From NCBI GenBank assembly GCA_963729045.1, contig CAVSMN010000011.1, positions 128,001 to 192,000 of the forward strand: 64,000 nt of DNA, in the 5' to 3' direction. Of this stretch, positions 22,899 to 33,199 are shown piece by piece. Within the stretch, counting starts at the first letter, position 1, and every line of letters begins with the position of its first letter. A program made the translations under genes and the position numbers. Under the pieces are notes generated by a model. The model saw only the letters and a program-made list of their open reading frames with translations, made no database searches and was not told where the DNA came from. The DNA comes from an uncultured Nitrososphaeraceae archaeon (GTDB lineage: Archaea; Thermoproteota; Nitrososphaeria; Nitrososphaerales; Nitrososphaeraceae).

Positions 22899-24665
22899 AT
22901 GGGAACTAATTTCACACAAAGATTGTCTCGCGCAGATTCTATTCTAAAATTGGTTAAAACCTCATATGCTACATCACCCACGTTTAAGCAGGCCACTTTT
23001 TTCGGAGTGCCACATAACTACAAGGATATAAAGACACTAAGAGATCTTTTAGAAATCAATTACAAGTATCAACCAGTTAAGAATCAACTAAGACAGAACC
23101 TCATTGCTAAAATCAAGAATAATGAAAATCCATTCGTAGGGATTATTGGGTTTGATAATACAGTTATCCCAGCCATAAAGAGAGCACTCTTGGCGGGACA
23201 TGACATTTTGCTTGTAGGCCACATTGGCCAAGGAAAAACCAAACTTGCTGAATTAATTTCAGAGAACCTTTTGTCACCCATTCCCATAGTGGAAGGAACT
23301 TTGACAAATGATATTCCAACCGAAATGCCCTATACCCATCTTGTCGATTTGTTAAACGGAAATGCAGTTGATAAGATGCTTCCAGAATTTTATGTTTCAA
23401 AGGACTGCGAGGAAATAATCAAGAATAATGGTTTAGACACCAAAATAAAATGGTTAGACGGTAAACAAAGGTACAGATACATACTGGCAACCCCAGACAT
23501 CTCTGTTAAAGATCTAGTGGGTCAGATTGATGTTGTTAAAATCATAAAAAAAGGTATTGAAGTTTTTGATATAGATTCATATTCTCCTGGATATTTACTT
23601 CAAGCCAGATATGGGATTTTATGTCTTGACGAGTTACCAGTTCTAGATCCCCGGAAACAAGTAACGTTGCTTAGCGTGCTACAGGAGGGAAGATTTACCA
23701 CAGGCGCTTACCCAGTATTTTTCAAGCCGGATGTAAAAATCATTGCTACTGCAAATCCCATAGATTATACGCATTCTGGAAAGATAATAGAACCATTAGC
23801 CGATCGTTTAAAGAGCCATATTGAGACACACTATCCCAATTCAATTGATGATGAAACCTTAATTTTGGTACAGGAAATGGACATGTTAAATAGAGATCAA
23901 ACTTTTTTGCCAATCTTCATGCTAAAAACAATCACCAGGATTTTCCAAAAGATTAGAAGCCATCCCGATATCAATAGCGACAGAGGAGTGAGTGTACGGT
24001 CAACCATTCATTCCCTTGAAGCAGTCATCGGTGAAGTAGAGAGGGCTAGGTCTCTGGTAAATAATGTCAAAACAATACCAAGATTCTCAGATCTGCAATG
24101 TATATTCCAATCTTCAAAGTTTGAACTAGATGAAATAGAAGATACGACAGAAAATAAGACACTATTTCTAAATAATGTAATCAATGAAGTCATTCAAGAG
24201 ATATGTTTACATTTTTTTAACGAATTTTTCAACCCCCAAGAACTAGTATCCATTAAGAATGAGTTTAGAAACAAATCATTTATTGTAGTTCAAAATCAAT
24301 ACCAACACGCAACAGCAGCCCAATCGGTATATGGGGACAGAAGGAACGAATTTGGAAAAAGAAACAAATGACTGCTTCGTACTTATATACAGATCAGTTG
24401 AGACACCTTCCAGTGATATTTAAGACATTAAAAGGCGTAATCGCTAAAATAAGACAAGAACAAGATCACTTTGTTCAAAAGGCCCGTCAAAACGAGATTG
24501 ACAAGAATCTTCAATATATTCAGTTTGAAGGCGCATGGAATGATACGGAAAACAATAACGAAGAACTTTTAGCAACATCATCGCGAGTTACTCTTTGAAT
24601 ATTTAAGGTTTAGTTCCCCACCGATTCTGGATAAAAGGGAAGACAAGTTCGAAATTAGAGAATAA
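22899..24665 (+). CDS. Mg-chelatase-like AAA+ ATPase (Rv0958-like); frameshifts near 24350 and 24580
   Basis: GHIGQGKT, LATPD, LCLDELP, ATANP.DYT..GKII.PL.DR; tail ELLFEYLRF...EIRE ends at 24665. Confidence 0.78.
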
Positions 24666-24670
24666 ACAAA

Positions 24671-26416
24671 TTGAAAGGATCAGAAGACAAGCTCAATAGT
24701 AACAGAATTCGTACTGATAATAGTAACAACAATACAAAGGTTAGTGACCAAAGTAATAGAGACAAAGATCAATTGGGTCAAAACAATGCAGTCGTGCATG
24801 AGAAAAGAATTATCTATTTTTCAAGACCCTTTGTAAATTATGACGATGGGGATGAGGAGGACAATAACAGAGCAAAAAAAAATTTAGGAAACCGCCAGAA
24901 TCATAATTCCCAACAAGAACAACAGCAATCCTCTTCTGACCAGGAAAAAATTCGAGCAAGAAACAACTTGTTGAGGCAGTTTTTTCCAGATATATTAAAA
25001 GCGATAGGCAACAAAGCCATTAAAGATAATCCTCCCACTCTTCAAGAACTGGAATCATATCTTCAAGATTATTTTGTTGAACTACAAAAGAGAAAGATTG
25101 CTGATGAAAATGCAAATGTTCAAGACCATTTATCTAGATCTAATAACCCTACTTCATCAAGTCAAGAATACGATAGCAAGGAACGGGATAGAGCACATTA
25201 TTTAAGAAGGCAGGATGAATCAGCTGGTTCAGTCACCACCATTAGTCAGAGAAACTATAGATTAAATTTTAATTTTAATGAGCATACATTTTCAGATAAC
25301 AATCTTCCAATTGTTACTGAATTGATTAAGAAAGGTTATCTAGTTGATTCAGATAAATGGTTAAACAAGAAAGGGTTTCTAAAAATAGGTCAACAGATAC
25401 TTACAGAGATCATAAAGTCTTTAAAGACAGACAAAATAGGGATGCATGAAACAAAATTTGCAGGTTATGGAAGCATGGTCCAGGAAACATCCAAAAAGTA
25501 TGAGTACGGAAATGAGATATCCAACATCAATATCAACTCGACAATAAGGAATTTTGTAGAAAGATACTACGAGGATCATCGCCAGATTAATGATGACCTT
25601 CATAACAGAATTGAGTTTCCATTGGACATCTCATATGAAGATATAGAGATTTATGATACTCTAGAAGAAATTCAAGTAGCTACTGTTTATTGTATTGACT
25701 TGAGCTCAACAATGAAATATTCATCGATGTACAATGATCTTAGTAGGATAGAGGCTTCAAAGCGTGCATTGTGGAGTTTGTTTATATTAAACAAGAAATT
25801 TTTCCCTCTAGATTCTATCCATACGATTGGTTTTGGGTCCATAGCCTCACGAATTGATCCGATGGATATTCCTTTTTTAAGAACATTTGAACCTAATGCA
25901 GATTTCCTACACTATACCAACTATCAAGCAGCATATAGATATGCAAAAAGGATTTTGAAGAAAGATGGCGCTAAAAACAAAAGGATTGTAATGATAACAG
26001 ACGGCCATCCCAGTGCATGTTTTATAGATAGCAAGAACGAGAAGGATAAGATAATGAAACAAAGACCATATTCACATTTTTATATTCCTGATAAGGATCG
26101 AATAGGCTCTCAGAATTCAGAGAATAATAGAATAAAATTTGATATTCATGATAAACAAACAGTCTACCTGTGCTATAGGTATAGGCAGATTGACCAGTAT
26201 ATCGGAGAACAGACAATTAAAGAAGCAAAGAAACTAAAAAAAGATGGCATAGATCTTGATACAATAATGGTTAGCGAGGAGGATACTCTACTAGACTTTG
26301 TAAACGAATTGGCTAAATCAGTTGACGGAAAATCAATATATATTAATCCTAAAGAAATTGACAGAGTTCTTATTAATGACTATTTATCAAACAAAAAGAA
26401 AATGATAAGAAAATAG
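24671..26416 (+). CDS. vWA-domain protein (Rv0959-like partner)
   Basis: G.HET...G.G, MIDAS DLSSTM, TNYQ, MITDGHP; low-complexity N-terminus. Confidence 0.8.
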   Translation: MKGSEDKLNSNRIRTDNSNNNTKVSDQSNRDKDQLGQNNAVVHEKRIIYFSRPFVNYDDGDEEDNNRAKKNLGNRQNHNSQQEQQQSSSDQEKIRARNNLLRQFFPDILKAIGNKAIKDNPPTLQELESYLQDYFVELQKRKIADENANVQDHLSRSNNPTSSSQEYDSKERDRAHYLRRQDESAGSVTTISQRNYRLNFNFNEHTFSDNNLPIVTELIKKGYLVDSDKWLNKKGFLKIGQQILTEIIKSLKTDKIGMHETKFAGYGSMVQETSKKYEYGNEISNININSTIRNFVERYYEDHRQINDDLHNRIEFPLDISYEDIEIYDTLEEIQVATVYCIDLSSTMKYSSMYNDLSRIEASKRALWSLFILNKKFFPLDSIHTIGFGSIASRIDPMDIPFLRTFEPNADFLHYTNYQAAYRYAKRILKKDGAKNKRIVMITDGHPSACFIDSKNEKDKIMKQRPYSHFYIPDKDRIGSQNSENNRIKFDIHDKQTVYLCYRYRQIDQYIGEQTIKEAKKLKKDGIDLDTIMVSEEDTLLDFVNELAKSVDGKSIYINPKEIDRVLINDYLSNKKKMIRK

Positions 26417-26508
26417 ATGAGGATTGTTAACTTTGTTCTCTACAACCAGAGTAGTATAGCAAAATCAAAAAAATAATCCCCTATATGGTATTTGTTAACT
26501 GTCTTTTG

Positions 26509-28046
26509 TTAATTACCGCCACCCTGCAAAAGTTCCAACATTCTTAAAATATCGACTGTTTCGTTACTTTTTAAATCAGGCATCATAAAAGAGCTTGAAG
26601 AGTCATTTCCAAATGAACCATTATTAAAGAAACCAAGACCAGTGTCATTTCCTCTCACCGCTACTATTACTACTACTACCAACACCACCAAATAAGGCTT
26701 CAAAAGGGTTAAAAATTGTGGTATCGTTAGATGCGGTGCCATTGTTACTTTCGTTTAAAAACATTTGGTTTAAAAAGGAGGTATCAGATTCATTGGATGG
26801 AAAAAAAGAGGATAATGGCAAGTCGCTAAATGAGGAAGAGAGGGAGGATGGTGACTCTAGAGAAGAGAATGGCGAATTTGACTGAGAAGGAGAAAGAGAG
26901 GAAAGCATCGCAAATGGACCCAACAACTCCTTAAATTCTGAGAGGTTAAAGTCACCATTTGAATTCTTGGAGAAATTAAGCATATTGGCAAGGTCAGAAA
27001 TTGAACTCTCATTATTTAGTAGAGAATTACCCATGTCAAAAGATGGATGAGAAAAGGATCCTCCACTACAAAGATCTGATAGAAGTTGGATGCTGCAGAT
27101 GGTTTGTAAATTAATAGGCGGGATAGATTTCATTATGGAAGACATGTTTAGAATATTTCCAGAAGAGGAATTTAAGAGATTTTCTAGTATATTTTTAGGC
27201 GAGTTATTTAGCTCTGACTTATTAAACAACCCTGAAGAATTATCAGTAAAATTGCTTAAATTCAAAGAAGACAAAATCCCTTGCAGCATAGGCACTTTTT
27301 CTTTGAGCATGGCTAGTCCTGTCGAATTGGTCAGTAGTTTTAGAGAGTCTGACAAATTGTCTGAATCAATCTTAAAAGAATAAATCATTTTGTTAGTTAT
27401 TGGGAGAGAATTCTCATAGTCAGAAGTATTTACCTCGTAGCTTATTGAATATAGTTTATTGTCAACTATCATCCCATATTCAACAGTATCAATTGTTTCA
27501 TTACCAGAATAACTTCTTGTTACCAATTTATAAGCTGGATGACCTGCTAACAATGAATCAGTTGAAGCTTCGACTATAGTAATATCTTGATCTTCTGCTT
27601 GAATCAGCATTTGTACGATCTTCCAAATAGGAACTTATATTATCAGGAGAATAGAAAATAGGAGGATAAAAGGTTTGAACGTAAACATCAAACCATGAAA
27701 TAAATGTCTCTGGAGATAATCCTGAATCATCAACATAAGCTGGGAAAAAGCTTATCTGTTTTACTGTATCATTAGAATTGCTTTCGTCAATTAAGAAGCT
27801 AGAAGGGTATTTTAAAGAAACGCCAACCTCACTATTTTCATAGTTATTGAAAATTATGCTATTGTTGTTGTCAGAAACTGAATTTGCCAATGTTGCTACA
27901 GATTCTTGTGCAAAAACCAAATTCGAGTTATTACCATTATTACCGTTCAGCATATTCGTATTGAACATAGTGCCAAATAATGAAATCACAAATGTCAAAA
28001 CTAAAAGAGATGATGAAAAAATAATTACATTTTTACTCTTGTTCAT
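26509..28046 (-). CDS. exported PsbP-like, Ser/Asn-rich surface protein (three frameshifted pieces)
   Basis: Signal peptide (VFAQ), YEN...GVSLKYP, LAGHPAYKLV, KLYSISY, MIYSFKI; pieces 27558-28109, 26645-27610 and 26509-26742. Confidence 0.6.
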
Positions 28047-28179
28047 CAAAGGGTATTGAATTAACACATATAAAATATTTTTCTGTACAAAACCACAATA
28101 AGAAATCACAACTATTTAAAATATGCAGATAAATAAAAAGAAGGATGAAGATTGGAAATCAGGAGGATGAGAGATAACT

Positions 28180-28818
28180 ATGTCAGATAAGAAAAATAAT
28201 TTTAATACAGATATAACTGATGAAGATGAGCTAGATGAAATAAAAAAAATTGCAGAGATGTTAAATCCGGATGAAAAGGTATTGGTGGTTGCCAGACAAT
28301 CAAGATTTAAGCCTGGTGGGTCTCAACTTTCACCCAATGTGGTTTATGCAACTGATAGAAGAATCATTTTGAGAGATCCAAGTATGCTTGGACTAAAACA
28401 AGACATAATTGATATTCCTTACAATGTTATTACAAACGCCAAAATAGAAAAAGGCCTGCTTTCGGCTTCGGTAATCTTTAATGCTCCAGGATTGTTTAAC
28501 CCCAATATTCCTGGGAGGATGCCATGGATAAAGAGATTAGAAACAGATGAGCATGGAGAAAATGGGGTTATCGATGCTATTCCCAAGAAAAAGGCAGAAG
28601 ATTTGATAGAGGTGATACGTAACGGAATTACCCAAATAAGGTCCCCCACTTACCCCTCAACTGGTGCTAATAATGTAAGCCAAATTCCCCAACACCAGAG
28701 TCAGAGTCAAATATCTCACGCTGATGAACTAAAGAAGATTGCGGACTTGAAGGATAGGGGTGTAATCTCAGAAGAAGAATTCAAAAGGATGAAGGAAAAG
28801 ATCATCGGAAAGGAGTAG
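28180..28818 (+). CDS. bacterial-type PH domain + SHOCT domain protein
   Basis: YATDRRIIL..DIPY..I PH pattern; ADELKKIADLKDRGVISEEEFKRMKEKII SHOCT. Confidence 0.8.
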   Translation: MSDKKNNFNTDITDEDELDEIKKIAEMLNPDEKVLVVARQSRFKPGGSQLSPNVVYATDRRIILRDPSMLGLKQDIIDIPYNVITNAKIEKGLLSASVIFNAPGLFNPNIPGRMPWIKRLETDEHGENGVIDAIPKKKAEDLIEVIRNGITQIRSPTYPSTGANNVSQIPQHQSQSQISHADELKKIADLKDRGVISEEEFKRMKEKIIGKE

Positions 28819-29106
28819 ATTTATGCAACTAAAATAAAACATAGTTAGATAGGTATGATAAAGTAAAACATAAAGAACCTTTGTCTTTGTTTTAACTTCT
28901 ATCAATACATACAGAGAAAATGCAATAAATTAAGAAGCCAAGGCATGACCAAAAAAACAATTACAAAATCTTTTTTGCTTAATATCTATTTTGCTTGGTA
29001 AGAAATTCGCAAATCAATAGATAGGAAAGAACCTTTGGTTTTGGTTTTGTTGTTTTATCTTTGTACCAATGACCTTTTAAGGCACATTTGAGTATAATCT
29101 TATAAA

Positions 29107-29529
29107 TTGCTTAAAAGAGACAAAGATTTTAAAGAAACTCTTGCACATTTTTTAAGCAACAAGACCAGTTTGTTTTTATTTTTGTCAATAGTGGTTGCAA
29201 GTGTAGCCATATACCCCTTTGTTATTCCGCACCTCTATCACCCTTCCATGATTTATCACATCCTCATTCACATTATTAGTTTTGACGTGGCCCTTTTCCT
29301 AACTACGATTTCGTTTGTCTCCTTCAAGAAGACAAAAAGTAAAAAAATACTCTTGACAGGCCTTAGTTTTGGATTTTTGTTAATTATAGAATTTCTGTAT
29401 TTATTACAGTCAAGTCATGTTTTGGGAACATTCTACATACCTTTAATAGAGGTAGAATTTCAACATGTGTTGTTATTATTGATGTTAGTATTGTTTGCTG
29501 CAGGGGTATTGAGGTTGGAAAGAAAATGA
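29107..29529 (+). CDS. His-rich 4-TM membrane protein
   Basis: Four hydrophobic segments; HLYHPSMIYHILIH; overlaps the next gene by 4 nt. Confidence 0.7.
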   Translation: MLKRDKDFKETLAHFLSNKTSLFLFLSIVVASVAIYPFVIPHLYHPSMIYHILIHIISFDVALFLTTISFVSFKKTKSKKILLTGLSFGFLLIIEFLYLLQSSHVLGTFYIPLIEVEFQHVLLLLMLVLFAAGVLRLERK

Positions 29530-30074
29530 ATCCGAGCACGATAATTAATGAGAACCAAACAGAGTCAATTGGAAATAACAGAAGTACAATACTCAAAATT
29601 ATCAACTCCTTTCCAGGGATTAGGTACAGAGATATTCTAAGAATAACAAATCTTAATAATGGCACCCTATCTCATCACCTATCAATACTTGAAAAAAGGT
29701 CAATAATCAAAATCGGCCGAACAGAAAATAGCAATATTACCAGATACTTTCCGGCCTCGACACCATCGGATGAAACTCTCATACTAAATTACCTGAAAAT
29801 AAAGACCACTAAAAGTATAATCATGATGCTAAATGATACCGAAGACGTATCCTTTAATGAGATTGTAAAGCATATCAATAAAGCACCGTCTACTACTTCA
29901 TGGAATCTTAAAAGGTTAGTTGATTCAAATATAGTTGGAAGAAAAAGAGGTAAAGAGGTTTCATTATTTTATCTTCTTAATAAAGGATTGGTTAAGGAAC
30001 TTGTTGGTCAAAATAACAAAACTTTACTTGATAGAAGCATTGATAACTACATATCAATCATAGACGAGTTATAA
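29526..30074 (+). CDS. double winged-HTH transcriptional regulator
   Basis: PGIRYRDI...GTLSHHLSILE and second HTH SFNEI...STTSWNLKRL. Confidence 0.82.
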   Translation: MNPSTIINENQTESIGNNRSTILKIINSFPGIRYRDILRITNLNNGTLSHHLSILEKRSIIKIGRTENSNITRYFPASTPSDETLILNYLKIKTTKSIIMMLNDTEDVSFNEIVKHINKAPSTTSWNLKRLVDSNIVGRKRGKEVSLFYLLNKGLVKELVGQNNKTLLDRSIDNYISIIDEL

Positions 30075-30238
30075 AAAACATTATTATTATCTAGCGCTAA
30101 AACCATTCCTAACCTCTTTTCCAGGAAGGATACGATACAAAAGATACTAAGCAAAAATCATTGACTACAACTTGTGGACATTATAGGAAAAAAGACAACA
30201 GTAATATCTTTACTACACTTTGCTTTATACTTACCAAT

Positions 30239-30682
30239 ATGAACCACTTAGATGATGGACCAGATAAGAACCATGAAATCAAAGACAAATTAGAGTATCT
30301 TTTTGAGATGCAAAACTCCTTGATAACTCAAGATTATAACAGTACAAAAATTAAAAGTTCTGAAAAGATTCCTCTAGATAATAACCCTGAAAATAAAATG
30401 AAGAAATTGTACGAGATGAAAGAACCATTTTCAGGATACAAAATATTTATGATTTCGTCTGCCTTGGTGCACGAAGCCATAGAACTTCAGAGGGAAACTA
30501 ATTGGAAATGGTGGAAGAAAGATAAAACAGTAGATAATGAAAAACTTCAAGAGGAAATCATAGACTTGTGGCATTTTTTAATACAATTGTCAATTGAGGC
30601 CGGCTTTGAACCACAAACACTGATATCAAAATACATGGAAAAAAACAAAGAGAATACTGGAAGACAGCTAAGAGGTTACTAA
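30239..30682 (+). CDS. dimeric all-alpha dUTPase (dUTPase_2 family)
   Basis: LFEMQ, HEAIEL, WKWWK, EEIIDLWHF, Y..KN.EN..RQ..GY. Confidence 0.82.
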   Translation: MNHLDDGPDKNHEIKDKLEYLFEMQNSLITQDYNSTKIKSSEKIPLDNNPENKMKKLYEMKEPFSGYKIFMISSALVHEAIELQRETNWKWWKKDKTVDNEKLQEEIIDLWHFLIQLSIEAGFEPQTLISKYMEKNKENTGRQLRGY

Positions 30683-30703
30683 GAACAATAACTACCCCAC
30701 TAC

Positions 30704-31144
30704 TCAAATCATATCAAATTTGCCAATCTTTCTTAGGGACATTATATCTCCTAAAATTTCTATTTCGTCGTATTGATCCTTGACTGCCAAAACAAAAAGA
30801 TCTTCCTCAAATATTAATAGCCAATCGCTTGTTCCTATAATAGGTAATTTCCTCACCAATGTTTTCCCTTCTTTTAGTGTGGTTCGGACATAAGCATGAG
30901 AGGGTAGCTTTGCATCCTTGTTTTTGACTCTGATAAGGTCACTTTGCAGTTTAATACCTCTAATACCTGGTTGGATGTTTAGTTTTCTAATATTGCCATC
31001 CCTGTCTTCTATTTTTGATGTTACATAACTTTGGCCGATGTCAAAATCCAAACTAAAAGATATTTTGATCACGCACGAATTACTTTGTGGAATTTCATTT
31101 TGCATGAGTTCAGATTCTTCATCAAAATAGAGACCATCTTTCAA
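30704..31144 (-). CDS. hypothetical protein
   Basis: 146-aa ORF, no motif recognised. Confidence 0.6.
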   Translation of the reverse strand: MKDGLYFDEESELMQNEIPQSNSCVIKISFSLDFDIGQSYVTSKIEDRDGNIRKLNIQPGIRGIKLQSDLIRVKNKDAKLPSHAYVRTTLKEGKTLVRKLPIIGTSDWLLIFEEDLFVLAVKDQYDEIEILGDIMSLRKIGKFDMI

Positions 31145-31367
31145 TAATTTATAATTACAGTTTATTATTTAATAAAACTTTTCATAATATATTAGGATTT
31201 AAAGATTTCTTGTATTTTACAATAGTTAGTTTCTAGAAAATATTATTGCTGCATTAATCCTCAAATCCAACAATGATAATAATTTATTTATCTTTTTTTT
31301 CTCTATCGCAATTGCTTTTACCAATCTTAATATGACATGAGATACAAGTATATATTGTATAGAGGGC

Positions 31368-32018
31368 ATGCAATATTCCAATATACCTGACCAAGATATC
31401 GTTATAAAGAATGTGACTTTTCAAGATATTCCCAAAATAATTGAATTGCAAAAGGAATCTTTTCCATCCATGTTAGAAGAAGGTAGTGTTTGGGGAAAGA
31501 GGCATCTTCAAAGTCACGTGGAAATATTTCCAGAAGGTCAATTTTGTGTTGAAATTAAGAACAAAATTATAGGTTCATCTAGTAGTTTAATAGTAAAGTT
31601 ACCATCCGATTACGAAGTTCATACATTTAGTCAGGTGACAGGCAATAGTCTATTTACCACCCATGACCCAAGTGGCGATTCATTGTATGGTGCAGACATT
31701 TCTGTTCATCCGGATTTTCGTCGATTGGGGATAGCAACTTTACTATACAATGCAAGAAAGGATCTGGTCATAAAATACAATTTAAGGCGAATCATAGCAG
31801 GCGGTAGGTTGATAAACTATTGTAATTATGCGGAGAAATTATCCCCAGAAGAATATGTTCAACATGTTATAAATGGACAGATTTCCGATCAGGTGTTGAC
31901 CTTTCAATTGAGAAATGATTTTAAATTCATAAAAATACTTTCAAATTATATCAAGGATTCTAGATCTCTAAACTATGCAACATTTATTGAATGGATAAAT
32001 CCTTATTATAAAAAGTGA
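31368..32018 (+). CDS. GNAT N-acetyltransferase (YkwB-like)
   Basis: FPEGQF, LYGADISVHPDFRRLGIA, GGR, L.FQL.N.F, YATFIEW.NP. Confidence 0.85.
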   Translation: MQYSNIPDQDIVIKNVTFQDIPKIIELQKESFPSMLEEGSVWGKRHLQSHVEIFPEGQFCVEIKNKIIGSSSSLIVKLPSDYEVHTFSQVTGNSLFTTHDPSGDSLYGADISVHPDFRRLGIATLLYNARKDLVIKYNLRRIIAGGRLINYCNYAEKLSPEEYVQHVINGQISDQVLTFQLRNDFKFIKILSNYIKDSRSLNYATFIEWINPYYKK

Positions 32019-32818
32019 CTCAAACCATCATAGATTGCCATGTGCACATAAATGGCTACGAAAGTTTAAAAAATTTACCACTCAAAGAGAGAATAGAATC
32101 ACTCTCAACCACAATGCAGTCAAACAACGTAGACCAGGCTATAATTATTTCATCGTATACAATCAATGAAGAAAGACCCTCTACCGGAGAAATATTATCT
32201 TCCGTTGAAAAACATGAAAAAATAAAAGTGGTGGCAGGATACTCAATTAGCAATCATGATGAAAGTAGTATTAAAGAATATGAAGAATATCTTAAAAATG
32301 GTAAAATAAAAGGTTTGAAAATTTATCCCGGATACGAACATTACTATCCGTACGATCCAAAGTATCAGAAAATTATTGATTTATGCATAGAGTATGATGT
32401 CCCTTTAATGATACATACCGGAGATACATATACACCCAAAGGGAAAGTCAGATTTGCTCATCCGATAAATGTTGATGATGTTGCAGTTGATAACCCGGAA
32501 CTAAAGATCATAATTTGTCACTTGGGAAATCCGTGGTTTTTAGACTGTCAGGAAATAATTTATAAAAACAAAAATGTTTATGCGGATATTTCTGGATTGG
32601 TTTTGGGGGACTTTACAGAGTTTTATGAGAAATACCTAGTAGGCAAGATTACTGATTTTCTCAACTATGCTGGAGAGCCAAAATATCTGCTATATGGGAC
32701 TGATTGGCCCATATCTAGTATGAAATCTTATTTGAATTTTGTATCAAAATTAGACCTTAATCAACAGGAACGAGATTTGATCATGTTCAAAAATTCACAA
32801 AGGTTGTTTAAACTATGA
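32015..32818 (+). CDS. amidohydrolase_2-family metal-dependent hydrolase
   Basis: IDCHVH, GLKIYP, IHTG, CHLG, YADIS, LYGTDWP. Confidence 0.88.
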   Translation: MTQTIIDCHVHINGYESLKNLPLKERIESLSTTMQSNNVDQAIIISSYTINEERPSTGEILSSVEKHEKIKVVAGYSISNHDESSIKEYEEYLKNGKIKGLKIYPGYEHYYPYDPKYQKIIDLCIEYDVPLMIHTGDTYTPKGKVRFAHPINVDDVAVDNPELKIIICHLGNPWFLDCQEIIYKNKNVYADISGLVLGDFTEFYEKYLVGKITDFLNYAGEPKYLLYGTDWPISSMKSYLNFVSKLDLNQQERDLIMFKNSQRLFKL

Positions 32819-33199
32819 TCTAAGATGCTGTCCATTGAGGACGGCGATACCACGACTAATAAAAGTACAGTCGATGATTAGTTATTTTGAATATTAGAAA
32901 TATTGTTAAAAGATATCCGGATGATTTGTTTTTGTTGTTGAGATTTACCACCTAAATTTGAATCAGTGCGCAGTCGAAATCTCACGATAATATATCAATC
33001 AAAATTTTTTATTGATTTTATTTCCATTTTTGTAATAACGTCGCTAGCTCTCGAATGAATTTTTTTTTAAAATATGTTAAGAGAACTTCTCGAAATTAAG
33101 AAAAGATGTACTTCCTTTGTTAATTTGCAATTAAACAATGAATATTTAAGGGTTGGTAATCAGCACAATATTTAAGATCTTAAAGATTTTTAAGATAAC

